This document shows, in pieces, positions 14,856-30,500 of a stretch of 64,000 nt of DNA. This DNA is from Eledone cirrhosa (Eukaryota): contig OZ024743.1 in NCBI GenBank assembly GCA_964016885.1, positions 35,712,001 through 35,776,000 of the forward strand, written 5' to 3'. The translations under genes and the position numbers were made by a program. Below the pieces are notes generated by a model, which saw only the letters and a program-made list of their open reading frames with translations, was not told where the DNA came from and did not search any database. Each line of letters starts with the position of its first letter. Positions within the stretch are counted from its first letter, which is position 1.

Positions 14856-17499
14856 GTACACTGTGTCATTACTATACTCTAAAACCTATAAGATATAGAA
14901 ACACTACACTGTATGATTACTATACTGTGAAGACCTGTAAGATATAGAAACACTACACCGTATCATTACTATACTCTGAAGACCTATAATATATAGAAAC
15001 ACTACACTGTGTCATTACTATACTATGAATACCTGTAAGATATAGAAACACTACACCGTATCATTACTATACTCTGAAGACCTATAATATATAGAAACAC
15101 TACACTGTGTCATTACTATACTATGAATACCTGTAAGATATAGAAACACTACACTGTATCATTACTATACTGTGAAGACCTGTAAGATATAGAAACACTA
15201 CACTGTGTCATTACTATACTCTGAAGACATGTAAGATATAAAAACACTACACTGTGTCATTACTATACTGTGAAGACCTGTAAGATATAGAAACACTACA
15301 CTGTGTCATTACTATATTGTGAAGACCTGTAAGATATAGAAACACTACACTGTGTCATTACTATACTGTGAAGACCTGTAAGATATAGAAACACTACACT
15401 GTATCATTACTATACTCTGAAGACCTGTAAGATATAGAAACACTACACAGTGTCATTACTATACTGTGAAGACCTGTAAGATATAGAAACACTACACAGT
15501 GTCATTACTATACTGTGAAGACCTGTAAGATATAGAAACACTACACTGTGTCATTACTATACTCTGAAGACATGTAAGATATAAAAACACTACACATTGT
15601 CATTACTATACTGTGAAGACCTGTAAGATATAGAAACACTACACTGTATCATTACTATACTCTGAAGACCTGTAAGATATAGAAACACTACACAGTGTCA
15701 TTACTATACTGTGAAGACCTGTAAGATATAGAAACACTACACTGTGTCATTACTATACTGTGAAGACCTGTAAGATATAGAAACACTACACTGTATCATT
15801 ACTATACTGTGAAGACCTGTAAGATATAGAAACACTACACAGTGTCATTACTATACTCCGAAGACCTGTAAGATATAGAAACACTACACTGTGTCATTAC
15901 TATACTGGGAAGACCTGTAAGATATAGAAACACTACACTGTATCATTACTATACTGTGAAGACCTGTAAGATATAGAAACACTACACAGTGTCTTTACTA
16001 TACTGTGAAGACCTGTAAGATATAGAAACACTACACTGTATCATTACTATACTGTGAAGACCTGTAAGATATAGAAACACTACACAGTGTCATTACTATA
16101 CTGTGAAGACCTGTAAGATATAGAAACACTACACTGTATCATTACTATACTGTGAAGACCTGTAAGATATAGAAACACTACACAGTGTCATTACTATACT
16201 GTGAAGACCTGTAAGATATAGAAACACTACACTGAGTCATTACTATACTCTGAAGACCTATAATATATAGAAACACTACACTGTGTCATTACTATACTCT
16301 GAAGACCTGTAATATATGGAAACACTACACTGTATCATTACTATACTCTGAAGACCTATAATATATAGAAACACTACACTGTGTCATTACTATACTCTGA
16401 AGAACTGTAAGATATAGAAACACCACACTGTGTCATTACTATACTGTGAAGACCTGTAATATATAGAAACACCACACTGTGTCATTACTATACTGTGAAG
16501 ACCTGTAAGATATAGAAACACCACACTGTGTCATTACTATACTGTGAAGACCTGTAAGATATAGAAACACTACACTGTGTCATTACTATACTGTGAAGAC
16601 CTGTAAGATATAGAGACACTACACTGTATCATTACTATACTGTGAAGACCTGTAAGATATAGAAACACTACACTGTGTCATTACTATACTCTGAAGACAT
16701 GTAAGATATAGAAACACTACACTGTGTCATTACTATACTGTGAAGACCTGTAAGAAATAGAAACACCATACTGTGTCATTATTATACTCTGAAGACCTGT
16801 AAGACATAGAAATACTACACTGTGTCATTACTATACTCTGAAGACATGTAAGATATAAAAACACTACACTGTGTCATTACTATACTGTGAAGACCTGTAA
16901 GATATAGAAACACCACACTGTGTCATTACTATACTGTGAAGACCTGTAAGATATAGAAACGCTACACTGTATCATTACTATACTGTGAAGACCTGTAAGA
17001 TATAGAAACGCTACACTGTATCATTACTATACTGTGAAGACCTGTAAGATATAGAAACGCTACACTGTATCATTACTATACTGTGAAGACCTGTAAGATA
17101 TAGAAACGCTACACTGTATCATTACTATACTGTGAAGACCTGTAAGATATAGAAACGCTACACTGTATCATTACTATACTGTGAAGACCTGTAAGATATA
17201 GAAACACTACACTCTATCATTACTATACTGTGAAGACCTGTAAGATATAGAAACGCTACACTGTATCATTACTATACTGTGAAGACCTGTAAGATATAGA
17301 AACGCTACACTGTATCATTACTATACTGTGAAGACCTGTAAGATATAGAAACGCTACACTGTATCATTACTATACTGTGAAGACCTGTAAGATATAGAAA
17401 CGCTACACTGTATCATTACTATACTGTGAAGACCTGTAAGATATAGAAACGCTACACTGTATCATTACTATACTGTGAAGACCTGTAAGATATAGAAAC

Positions 17500-20400
17500 A
17501 CTACACTGTATCATTACTATACTGTGAAGACCTGTAAGATATAGAAACGCTACACTGTATCATTACTATACTGTGAAGACCTGTAAGATATAGAAACGCT
17601 ACACTGTATCATTACTATACTGTGAAGACCTGTAAGATATAGAAACGCTACACTGTATCATTACTATACTGTGAAGACCTGTAAGATATAGAAACACTAC
17701 ACTGTATCATTACTATACTGTGAAGACCTGTAAGATATAGAAACGCTACACTGTATCATTACTATACTCTGAAGACCTATAATATATAGAAACACTACAC
17801 TGTGTCATTACTATACTCTGAAGACCTATAATATATAGAAACACTACATTGTGTCCTTACTATACTCTGAAGAACTATAATATATAGAAACACCACACTG
17901 TGTCATTACTATACTCTGAAGACCTATAATATATAGAAACAATACACCGTGTCATTACTATACTGTGAAGACCTGTAAGATATAGAAACACTACACTGTG
18001 TCATTACTATGCTGTGAAGACCTGTAAGATATAGAAACACTACAATGTGTCATTACTATACTCTGAAGACATGTAATATATAGAAACACTACACTGTGTC
18101 ATTACTATACTCTGAAGACCTGTAAGATATAGAAACACTACACTGTGTCATTACTATACTATGAAGACCTGTAAGATATAGAAACACTACAATGTATCAT
18201 TACTATACTGTAAAGACCTGTAAGATATAGAAACACTACACTGTGTCATTACTATACTGTGAAGACCTGTAAGATATAGAAACACTACACTGTGTCATTA
18301 CTATACTATGAAGACCTGTAAGATATAGAAACACTACACTGTGTCATTACTATACTCTGAAGACCTGTAAGATATAGAAACACTACACTGTGTCATTACT
18401 ATACTCTGAAGACCTGTAAGATATAGAAACACTACACTGTGTCATTACTATAGTCTGAAGGCCTGTAATATATAGAAACACTACACTGTGTCATTACTAT
18501 ACTCTGAAGACCTGTAAGATATAGAAACACTACACTGTGTCATTACTATACTCTGAAGACCTGTAAGATATAGAAACACTACACTGTGTCATTACTATAG
18601 TCTGAAGGCCTGTAATATATAGAAACACTACACTGTGTCATTACTATACTCTGAAGACCTGTAAAATATAGAAACACTACACTGTGTCATTACTATAGTC
18701 TGAAGGCCTGTAATATATAGAAACACTACACTGTGTCATTACTATACTCTGAAGACCTGTAAGATATAGAAACACTACACTGTGTCATTACTATAGTCTG
18801 AAGACCTGTAAGATATAGAAACGCTACACTGTGTCATTACTATACTCTGAAGACCTGTAAGATATAGAAACACTACACTGTGTCATTACTATACTCTGAA
18901 GACCTGTAAGATATAGAAACACTACACTGTGTCATTACTATAGTCTGAAGGCCTGTAATATATAGAAACACTACACTGTGTCATTACTATACTCTGAAGA
19001 TCTGTAAGATATAGAAACACTACACTGTGTCATTACTATACTCTGAAGACCTGTAAGATATAGAAACACTACACTGTGTCATTACTATAGTCTGAAGGCC
19101 TGTAATATATAGAAACACTACACTGTGTCATTACTATACTCTGAAGACCTGTAAAATATAGAAACACTACACTGTGTCATTACTATAGTCTGAAGGCCTG
19201 TAAGATATAGAAACACTACACTGTGTCATTACTATACTGTGAAGACCTGTAAGATATAGAAACACTACACTGTGTCATTACTATAGTCTGAAGGCCTGTA
19301 ATATATAGAAACACTACACTGTATCATTACTATACTGTGAAGACCTGTAAGATATAGAAACACTACACTGTGTCATTACTATACTGTGAAGACCTGTAAG
19401 ATATAGAAACACTACACTGTGTCATTACTATACTGTGAAGACCTGTAAGATATAGAAACACTACACTGTGTCATTACTATACTGTGAAGACCTGTAAGAT
19501 ATAGAAACACTACACTGTGTCATTACTATAGTCTGAAGGCCTGTAATATATAGAAACACTACACTGTATCATTACTATACTGTGAAGACCTGTAAGATAT
19601 AGAAACACTACACTGTGTCATTACTATACTCTGAAGACCGGTAAGATATAGAAACACTACACTGTGTCGTTACTATACACCGAAGACCTGTAAGACATAG
19701 AAACACTACACTGTGTCATTACTATACTGTGAAGACCTGTAAGATATAGAAACAGTACACTGTGTCATTACTATACTCTAAAAACCTATAAGATATAGAA
19801 ACACTACACTGTATGATTACTATACTGTGAAGACCTGTAAGATATAGAAACACTACACCGTATAATTACTATACTCTGAAGACCTATAATATATAGAAAC
19901 ACTACACTGTGTCATTACTATACTATGAATACCTGTAAGATATAGAAACACTACACCGTATCATTACTATACTCTGAAGACCTATAATATATAGAAACAC
20001 TACACTGTGTCATTACTATACTATGAATACCTGTAAGATATAGAAACACTACATTGTGTCCTTACTATACTGTGAAGACCTGTAATATATAGAAACACTA
20101 CACTGTATCATTACTATACTGTGAAGAACTATAATATATAGAAACACTACACTGTGTCATTACTATACTGTGAAGACCTGTAAGATATAGAAACACTACA
20201 CTGTGTCATTACTATACTGTGAAGAACTATAATATATAGAAACACTACATTGTGTCATTACTATACTGTGAAGACCTGTAAGATATAGAAACACTACACT
20301 GTGTCATTACTATACTGTGAAGAACTATAATATATAGAAACACTACATTGTGTCATTACTATACTGTGAAGACCTGTAAGATATAGAAACACTACACTGT

Positions 20401-23400
20401 GTCATTACTATACTCTGAAGACCTGTAAGATATAGAAACACTACACTGTGTCATTACTATACTGTGATGACCTGTAAGATATAGAAACACTACACTGTGT
20501 CATTACTATACTGTGAAGACCTGTAAGATATAGAAACACTACACTGTGTCATTACTATACTCTGAAGACCTGTAAGATATAGAAACACTACACTGTGTCA
20601 TTACTATAGTCTGAAGGCCTGTAATATATAGAAACACTACACTGTGTCATTACTATACTCTGAAGACCTGTAAGATATAGAAACACTACACTGTGTCATT
20701 ACTATACTCTGAAGACCTGTAAGATATAGAAACACTACACTGTGTCATTACTATAGTCTGAAGGCCTGTAATATATAGAAACACTACACTGTGTCATTAC
20801 TATACTCTGAAGACCTGTAAAATATAGAAACACTACACTGTATCATTACTATACTGTGAAGACCTGTAAGATATAGAAACGCTACACTGTATCATTACTA
20901 TACTGTGAAGACCTGTAAGATATAGAAACGCTGCACTGTATCATTACTATACTGTGAAGACCTGTAAGATATAGAAACGCTACACTGTATCATTACTATA
21001 CTGTGAAGACCTGTAAGATATAGAAACACTACACTGTATCATTACTATACTGTGAAGACCTGTAAGATATAGAAACGCTACACTGTATCATTACTATACT
21101 CTGAAGACCTATAATATATAGAAACACTACACTGTGTCATTACTATACTCTGAAGACCTATAATATATAGAAACACTACATTGTGTCCTTACTATACTCT
21201 GAAGAACTATAATATATAGAAACACCACACTGTGTCATTACTATACTCTGAAGACCTATAATATATAGAAACAATACACCGTGTCATTACTATACTGTGA
21301 AGACCTGTAAGATATAGAAACACTACACTGTGTCATTACTATGCTGTGAAGACCTGTAAGATATAGAAACACTACAATGTGTCATTACTATACTCTGAAG
21401 ACATGTAATATATAGAAACACTACACTGTGTCATTACTATACTCTGAAGACCTGTAAGATATAGAAACACTACACTGTGTCATTACTATACTATGAAGAC
21501 CTGTAAGATATAGAAACACTACAATGTATCATTACTATACTGTAAAGACCTGTAAGATATAGAAACACTACACTGTGTCATTACTATACTGTGAAGACCT
21601 GTAAGATATAGAAACACTACACTGTGTCATTACTATACTATGAAGACCTGTAAGATATAGAAACACTACACTGTGTCATTACTATACTCTGAAGACCTGT
21701 AAGATATAGAAACACTACACTGTGTCATTACTATACTCTGAAGACCTGTAAGATATAGAAACACTACACTGTGTCATTACTATAGTCTGACGGCCTGTAA
21801 TATATAGAAACACTACACTGTGTCATTACTATACTCTGAAGACCTGTAAGATATAGAAACACTACACTGTGTCATTACTATACTCTGAAGACCTGTAAGA
21901 TATAGAAACACTACACTGTGTCATTACTATAGTCTGAAGGCCTGTAATATATAGAAACACTACACTGTGTCATTACTATACTCTGAAGACCTGTAAAATA
22001 TAGAAACACTACACTGTGTCATTACTATAGTCTGAAGGCCTGTAATATATAGAAACACTACACTGTGTCATTACTATACTCTGAAGACCTGTAAGATATA
22101 GAAACACTACACTGTGTCATTACTATACTCTGAAGACCTGTAAGATATAGAAACACTACACTGTGTCATTACTATAGTCTGAAGGCCTGTAATATATAGA
22201 AACACTACACTGTGTCATTACTATACTCTGAAGATCTGTAAGATATAGAAACACTACACTGTGTCATTACTATACTCTGAAGACCTGTAAGATATAGAAA
22301 CACTACACTGTGTCATTACTATAGTCTGAAGGCCTGTAATATATAGAAACACTACACTGTGTCATTACTATACTCTGAAGACCTGTAAAATATAGAAACA
22401 CTACACTGTGTCATTACTATAGTCTGAAGGCCTGTAAGATATAGAAACACTACACTGTGTCATTACTATACTGTGAAGACCTGTAAGATATAGAAACACT
22501 ACACTGTGTCATTACTATACTGTGAAGACCTGTAAGATATAGAAACACTACACTGTGTCATTACTATACTGTGAAGACCTGTAAGATATAGAAACACTAC
22601 ACTGTGTCATTACTATACTGTGAAGACCTGTAAGATATAGAAACACTACACTGTGTCATTACTATAGTCTGAAGGCCTGTAATATATAGAAACACTACAC
22701 TGTATCATTACTATACTGTGAAGACCTGTAAGATATAGAAACACTACACTGTGTCATTACTATACTCTGAAGACCGGTAAGATATAGAAACACTACACTG
22801 TGTCATTACTATAGTCTGAAGGCCTGTAATATATAGAAACACTACACTGTGTCATTACTATACTCTGAAGACCTGTAAAATATAGAAACACTACACTGTG
22901 TCATTACTATAGTCTGAAGGCCTGTAATATATAGAAACACTACACTGTGTCGTTACTATACACCGAAGACCTGTAAGACATAGAAACACTACACTGTGTC
23001 ATTACTATACTGTGAAGACCTGTAAGATATAGAAACAGTACACTGTGTCATTACTATACTCTAAAAACCTATAAGATATAGAAACACTACACTGTATGAT
23101 TACTATACTGTGAAGACCTGTAAGATATAGAAACACTACACCGTATCATTACTATACTCTGAAGACCTATAATATATAGAAACACTACACTGTGTCATTA
23201 CTATACTATGAATACCTGTAAGATATAGAAACACTACACCGTATCATTACTATACTCTGAAGACCTATAATATATAGAAACACTACACTGTGTCATTACT
23301 ATACTATGAATACCTGTAAGATATAGAAACACTACATTGTGTCCTTACTATACTGTGAAGACCTGTAATATATAGAAACACTACACTGTATCATTACTAT

Positions 23401-24100
23401 ACTGTGAAGAACTATAATATATAGAAACACTACACTGTGTCATTACTATACTGTGAAGACCTGTAAGATATAGAAACACTACACTGTGTCATTACTATAC
23501 TGTGAAGAACTATAATATATAGAAACACTACATTGTGTCATTACTATACTGTGAAGACCTGTAAGATATAGAAACACTACACTGTGTCATTACTATACTG
23601 TGAAGAACTATAATATATAGAAACACTACATTGTGTCATTACTATACTGTGAAGACCTGCAAGATATAGAAACACTACACTGTGTCATTACTATACTCTG
23701 AAGACCTGTAAGATATAGAAACACTACACTGTGTCATTACTATACTGTGATGACCTGTAAGATATAGAAACACTACACTGTGTCATTACTATACTGTGAA
23801 GACCTGTAAGATATAGAAACACTACACTGTGTCATTACTATACTCTGAAGACCTGTAAGATATAGAAACACTACACTGTGTCATTACTATAGTCTGAAGG
23901 CCTGTAATATATAGAAACACTACACTGTGTCATTACTATACTCTGAAGACCTGTAAGATATAGAAACACTACACTGTGTCATTACTATACTCTGAAGACC
24001 TGTAAGATATAGAAACACTACACTGTGTCATTACTATAGTCTGAAGGCCTGTAATATATAGAAACACTACACTGTGTCATTACTATACTCTGAAGACCTG
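17500..24100. repeat. Imperfect two-copy ~3.3-kb duplication (66-68 units); boundaries approximate
   Basis: TATGCTGTG 18011/21343 and TGTAAAGAC 18209/21541 (3332 bp), AGATCT 19001/22235 (3234 bp), ACACCGAAG 19679/22962 and TGATGA 20468/23751 (3283 bp). Confidence 0.85.
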
Positions 24101-24899
24101 TAAAATATAGAAACACTACACTGTGTCATTACTATAGTCTGAAGGCCTGTAATATATAGAAACACTACACTGTGTCATTACTATACTCTGAAGACCTGTA
24201 AGATATAGAAACACTACACTGTGTCATTACTATACTCTGAAGACCTGTAAGATATAGAAACACTACACTGTGTCATTACTATACTCTGAAGACCTGTAAG
24301 ATATAGAAACACTACACTGTGTCATTATTATACTCTGAAGACCTGTAAGATATAGAAACACTACACTGTGTCATTACTACAGTCTGAAGGCCTGTAATAT
24401 ATAGAAACACTACACTGTGTCATTACTATACTCTGAAGACCTGTAAGATATAGAAACACTACACTGTGTCATTACTATACTCTGAAGACCTGTAAGATAT
24501 AGAAACACTACACTGTGTCATTACTATAGTCTGAAGGCCTGTAATATATAGAAACACTACACTGTGTCATTACTATACTCTGAAGACCTGTAAAATATAG
24601 AAACACTACACTGTGTCATTACTATAGTCTGAAGGCCTGTAAGATATAGAAACACTACACTGTGTCATTACTATACTGTGAAGACCTGTAAGATATAGAA
24701 ACACTACACTGTGTCATTACTATAGTCTGAAGGCCTGTAATATATAGAAACACTACACTGTATCATTACTATACTGTGAAGACCTGTAAGATATAGAAAC
24801 ACTACACTGTGTCATTACTATACTGTGAAGACCTGTAAGATATAGAAACACTACACTGTGTCATTACTATACTGTGAAGATCTGTAAGATATAGAAACA

Positions 24900-27800
24900 C
24901 TACACTGTGTCATTACTATACTGTGAAGGCCTGTAATATATAGAAACACTACACTGTGTCATTACTATACTGTGAAGACCTGTAAGATATAGAAACACTA
25001 CACTGTATGATTACTATACTGTGAAGACCTGTAAGATATAGAAACACTACACCGTATCATTACTATACTGTGAAGACCTGTAAGACATAGAAACACTACA
25101 CTGTGTCATTACTATACTGTGAAGACCTGTAAGACATAGAAACACTACACTGTGTCATTACTATACCGTGAAGACCTGTAAGATATAGAAACAGTACACT
25201 GTGTCATTACTATACTCTAAAAACCTATAAGATATAGAAACACTACACTGTATGATTACTATACTGTGAAGACCTGTAAGATATAGAAACACTACACCGT
25301 ATCATTACTATACTCTGAAGACCTATAATATATAGAAACACTACACTGTGTCATTACTATACTATGAATACCTGTAAGATATAGAAACACTATACCGTAT
25401 CATTACTATACTCTGAAGACCTATAATATATAGAAACACTACACTGTGTCATTACTATACTATGAATACCTGTAAGATATAGAAACACTACATTGTGTCC
25501 TTACTATACTGTGAAGACCTGTAATATATAGAAACACTACACTGTATCATTACTATACTGTGAAGAACTATAATATATAGAAACACTACACTGTGTCATT
25601 ACTATACTGTGAAGACCTGTAAGATATAGAAACACTACACTGTGTCATTACTATACTGTGAAGACCTGTAAGATATAGAAACACTACACTGTATCATTAC
25701 TATACTGTGAAGACCTGTAAGATATAGAAACACTACACAGTGTCAATACTATACTCCGAAGACCTGTAAGATATAGAAACACTACACTGTGTCATTACTA
25801 TACTGGGAAGACCTGTAAGATATAGAAACACTACACTGTATCATTACTATACTGTGAAGACCTGTAAGATATAGAAACACTACACAGTGTCTTTACTATA
25901 CTGTGAAGACCTGTAAGATATAGAAACACGACACTGTATCATTACTATACTGTGAAGACCTGTAAGATATAGAAACACTACACAGTGTCAATACTATACT
26001 CCGAAGACCTGTAAGATATAGAAACACTACACTGTGTCATTACTATACTGTGAAGACCTGTAATATATAGAAACACTACACTGTATCATTACTATACTCT
26101 GAAGACCTGTAAGATATAGAAACACTACACAGTGTCATTACTATACTGTGAAGACCTGTAAGATATAGAAACACTACACTGTGTCATTACTATACTGTGA
26201 AGACCTGTAAGATATAGAAACACTACACTGTATCATTACTATACTGTGAAGACCTGTAAGATATAGAAACACTACACAGTGTCATTACTATACTCCGAAG
26301 ACCTGTAAGATATAGAAACACTACACAGTGTCATTACTATACTGTGAAGACCTGTAATATATAGAAACACTACACTGTATCATTACTATACTCTGAAGAC
26401 CTGTAAGATATAGAAACACTACACAGTGTCATTACTATACTGTGAAGACCTGTAAGATATAGAAACACTACACTGTGTCATTACTATACTGTGAAGACCT
26501 GTAAGATATAGAAACACTACACTGTATCATTACCATACTGTGAAGACCTGTAAGATATAGAAACACTACACAGTGTCATTACTATACTCCGAAGACCTGT
26601 AAGATATAGAAACACTACACTGTGTCATTACTATACTGTGAAGACCTGTAAGATATAGAGACACTACACTGTATCATTACTATACTGTGAAGACCTGTAA
26701 GATATAGAAACACTACACAGTGTCATTACTATACTGTGAAGACCTGTAAGATATAGAAACACTACACTGTATCATTACTATACTGTGAAGACCTGTAAGA
26801 TATAGAAACACTACACAGTGTCATTACTATACTCTGAAGACCTGTAAGATATAGAAACACTACACTGTGTCATTACTATACTCTGAAGACCTGTAAGATA
26901 TAGAAACACTACACTGTGTCATTACTATAGTCTGAAGGCCTGTAATATATAGAAACACTACACTGTGTCATTACTATACTCTGAAGACCTGTAAAATATA
27001 GAAACACTACACTGTGTCATTACTATACTCTGAAGACCTGTAAGATATAGAAACACTACACTGTATCATTACTATACTCTGAAGACCTGTAAGATATAGA
27101 AACACTACACTGTGTCATTACTATACTCTGAAGACCTGTAAGATATAGAAACACTACACTGTGTCATTACTACAGTCTGAAGGCCTGTAATATATAGAAA
27201 CACTACACTGTGTCATTACTATACTCTGAAGACCTGTAAGATATAGAAACACTACACTGTGTCATTACTATACTCTGAAGACCTGTAAGATATAGAAACA
27301 CTACACTGTGTCATTACTATAGTCTGAAGGCCTGTAATATATAGAAACACTACACTGTGTCATTACTATACTCTGAAGACCTGTAAGATATAGAAACACT
27401 ACACTGTGTCATTACTATACTCTGAAGACCTGTAAGATATAGAAACACTACACTGTGTCATTACTATACTCTGAAGACCTGTAAGATATAGAAACACTAC
27501 ACTGTGTCATTACTATACTCTGAAGACCTGTAAGATATAGAAACACTACACTGTGTCATTACTACAGTCTGAAGGCCTGTAATATATAGAAACACTACAC
27601 TGTGTCATTACTATACTCTGAAGACCTGTAAGATATAGAAACACTACACTGTGTCATTACTATACTCTGAAGACCTGTAAGATATAGAAACACTACACTG
27701 TGTCATTACTATAGTCTGAAGGCCTGTAATATATAGAAACACTACACTGTGTCATTACTATACTCTGAAGACCTGTAAAATATAGAAACACTACACTGTG

Positions 27801-30500
27801 TCATTACTATAGTCTGAAGGCCTGTAAGATATAGAAACACTACACTGTGTCATTACTATACTGTGAAGACCTGTAAGATATAGAAACACTACACTGTGTC
27901 ATTACTATAGTCTGAAGGCCTGTAATATATAGAAACACTACACTGTGTCATTACTATACTGTGAAGACCTGTAAGATATAGAAACACTACACTGTGTCAT
28001 TACTATACTGTGAAGGCCTGTAATATATAGAAACACTACACTGTGTCATTACTATACTGTGAAGACCTGTAAGATATAGAAACACTACACTGTATGATTA
28101 ATATACTGTGAAGACCTGTAAGATATAGAAACACTACACCGTATCATTACTATACTGTGAAGACCTGTAAGACATAGAAACACTACACTGTGTCATTACT
28201 ATACTGTGAAGACCTGTAAGACATAGAAACACTACACTGTGTCATTACTATACCGTGAAGACCTGTAAGATATAGAAACAGTACACTGTGTCATTACTAT
28301 ACTCTAAAAACCTATAAGATATAGAAACACTACACTGTATGATTACTATACTGTGAAGACCTGTAAGATATAGAAACACTACACCGTATCATTACTATAC
28401 TCTGAAGACCTATAATATATAGAAACACTACACTGTGTCATTACTATACTATGAATACCTGTAAGATATAGAAACACTATACCGTATCATTACTATACTC
28501 TGAAGACCTATAATATATAGAAACACTACACTGTGTCATTACTATACTATGAATACCTGTAAGATATAGAAACACTACATTGTGTCCTTACTATACTGTG
28601 AAGACCTGTAATATATAGAAACACTACACTGTATCATTACTATACTGTGAAGAACTATAATATATAGAAACACTACACTGTGTCATTACTATACTGTGAA
28701 GACCTGTAAGATATAGAAACACTACACTGTGTCATTACTATACTGTGAAGACCTGTAAGATATAGAAACACTACACTGTATCATTACTATACTGTGAAGA
28801 CCTGTAAGATATAGAAACACTACACAGTGTCAATACTATACTCCGAAGACCTGTAAGATATAGAAACACTACACTGTGTCATTACTATACTGGGAAGACC
28901 TGTAAGATATAGAAACACTACACTGTATCATTACTATACTGTGAAGACCTGTAAGATATAGAAACACTACACAGTGTCTTTACTATACTGTGAAGACCTG
29001 TAAGATATAGAAACACTACACTGTATCATTACTATACTGTGAAGACCTGTAAGATATAGAAACACTACACAGTGTCATTACTATACTGTGAAGACCTGTA
29101 AGATATAGAAACACTACACTGTATCATTACTATACTCTGAAGACCTGTAAGATATAGAAACACTACACAGTGTCATTACTATACTGTGAAGACCTGTAAG
29201 ATATAGAAACACTACACTGTGTCATTACTATACTGTGAAGACCTGTAAGATATAGAAACACTACACTGTATCATTACTATACTGTGAAGACCTGTAAGAT
29301 ATAGAAACACTACACAGTGTCATTACTATACTCCGAAGACCTGTAAGATATAGAAACACTACACTGTGTCATTACTAAACTGTGAAGACCTGTAAGATAT
29401 AGAGACACTACACTGTATCATTACTATACTGTGAAGACCTGTAAGATATAGAAACACTACACAGTGTCATTACTATACTGTGAAGACCTGTAAGATATAG
29501 AAACACTACACTGTATCATTACTATACTGTGAAGACCTGTAAGATATAGAAACACTACACAGTGTCATTACTATACTCTGAAGACCTGTAAGATATAGAA
29601 ACACTACACTGTGTCATTACTATACTCTGAAGACCTGTAAGATATAGAAACACTACACTGTGTCATTACTATAGTCTGAAGGCCTGTAATATATAGAAAC
29701 ACTACACTGTGTCATTACTATACTCTGAAGACCTGTAAAATATAGAAACACTACACTGTGTCATTACTATACTCTGAAGACCTGTAAGATATAGAAACAC
29801 TACACTGTATCATTACTATACTCTGAAGACCTGTAAGATATAGAAACACTACACTGTGTCATTACTATACTCTGAAGACCTGTAAGATATAGAAACACTA
29901 CACTGTGTCATTACTACAGTCTGAAGGCCTGTAATATATAGAAACACTACACTGTGTCATTACTATACTCTGAAGACCTGTAAGATATAGAAACACTACA
30001 CTGTGTCATTACTATACTCTGAAGACCTGTAAGATATAGAAACACTACACTGTGTCATTACTATAGTCTGAAGGCCTGTAATATATAGAAACACTACACT
30101 GTGTCATTACTATACTCTGAAGACCTGTAAAATATAGAAACACTACACTGTGTCATTACTATAGTCTGAAGGCCTGTAAGATATAGAAACACTACACTGT
30201 GTCATTACTATACTGTGAAGACCTGTAAGATATAGAAACACTACACTGTGTCATTACTATAGTCTGAAGGCCTGTAATATATAGAAACACTACACTGTAT
30301 CATTACTATACTGTGAAGACCTGTAAGATATAGAAACACTACACTGTGTCATTACTATACTGTGAAGACCTGTAAGATATAGAAACACTACACTGTGTCA
30401 TTACTATACTGTGAAGACCTGTAAGATATAGAAACACTACACTGTGTCATTACTATACTGTGAAGACCTGTAAGATATAGAAACACTACACTGTGTCATT
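24900..30500. repeat. Imperfect two-copy ~3.1-kb duplication (63 units at its start); boundaries approximate
   Basis: ACAGTAC 25194/28281, TATACCGTAT 25391/28478 and GTCAATACT 25744/28831 are all 3087 bp apart. The offset changes further right by whole-unit gains or losses. Confidence 0.8.
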
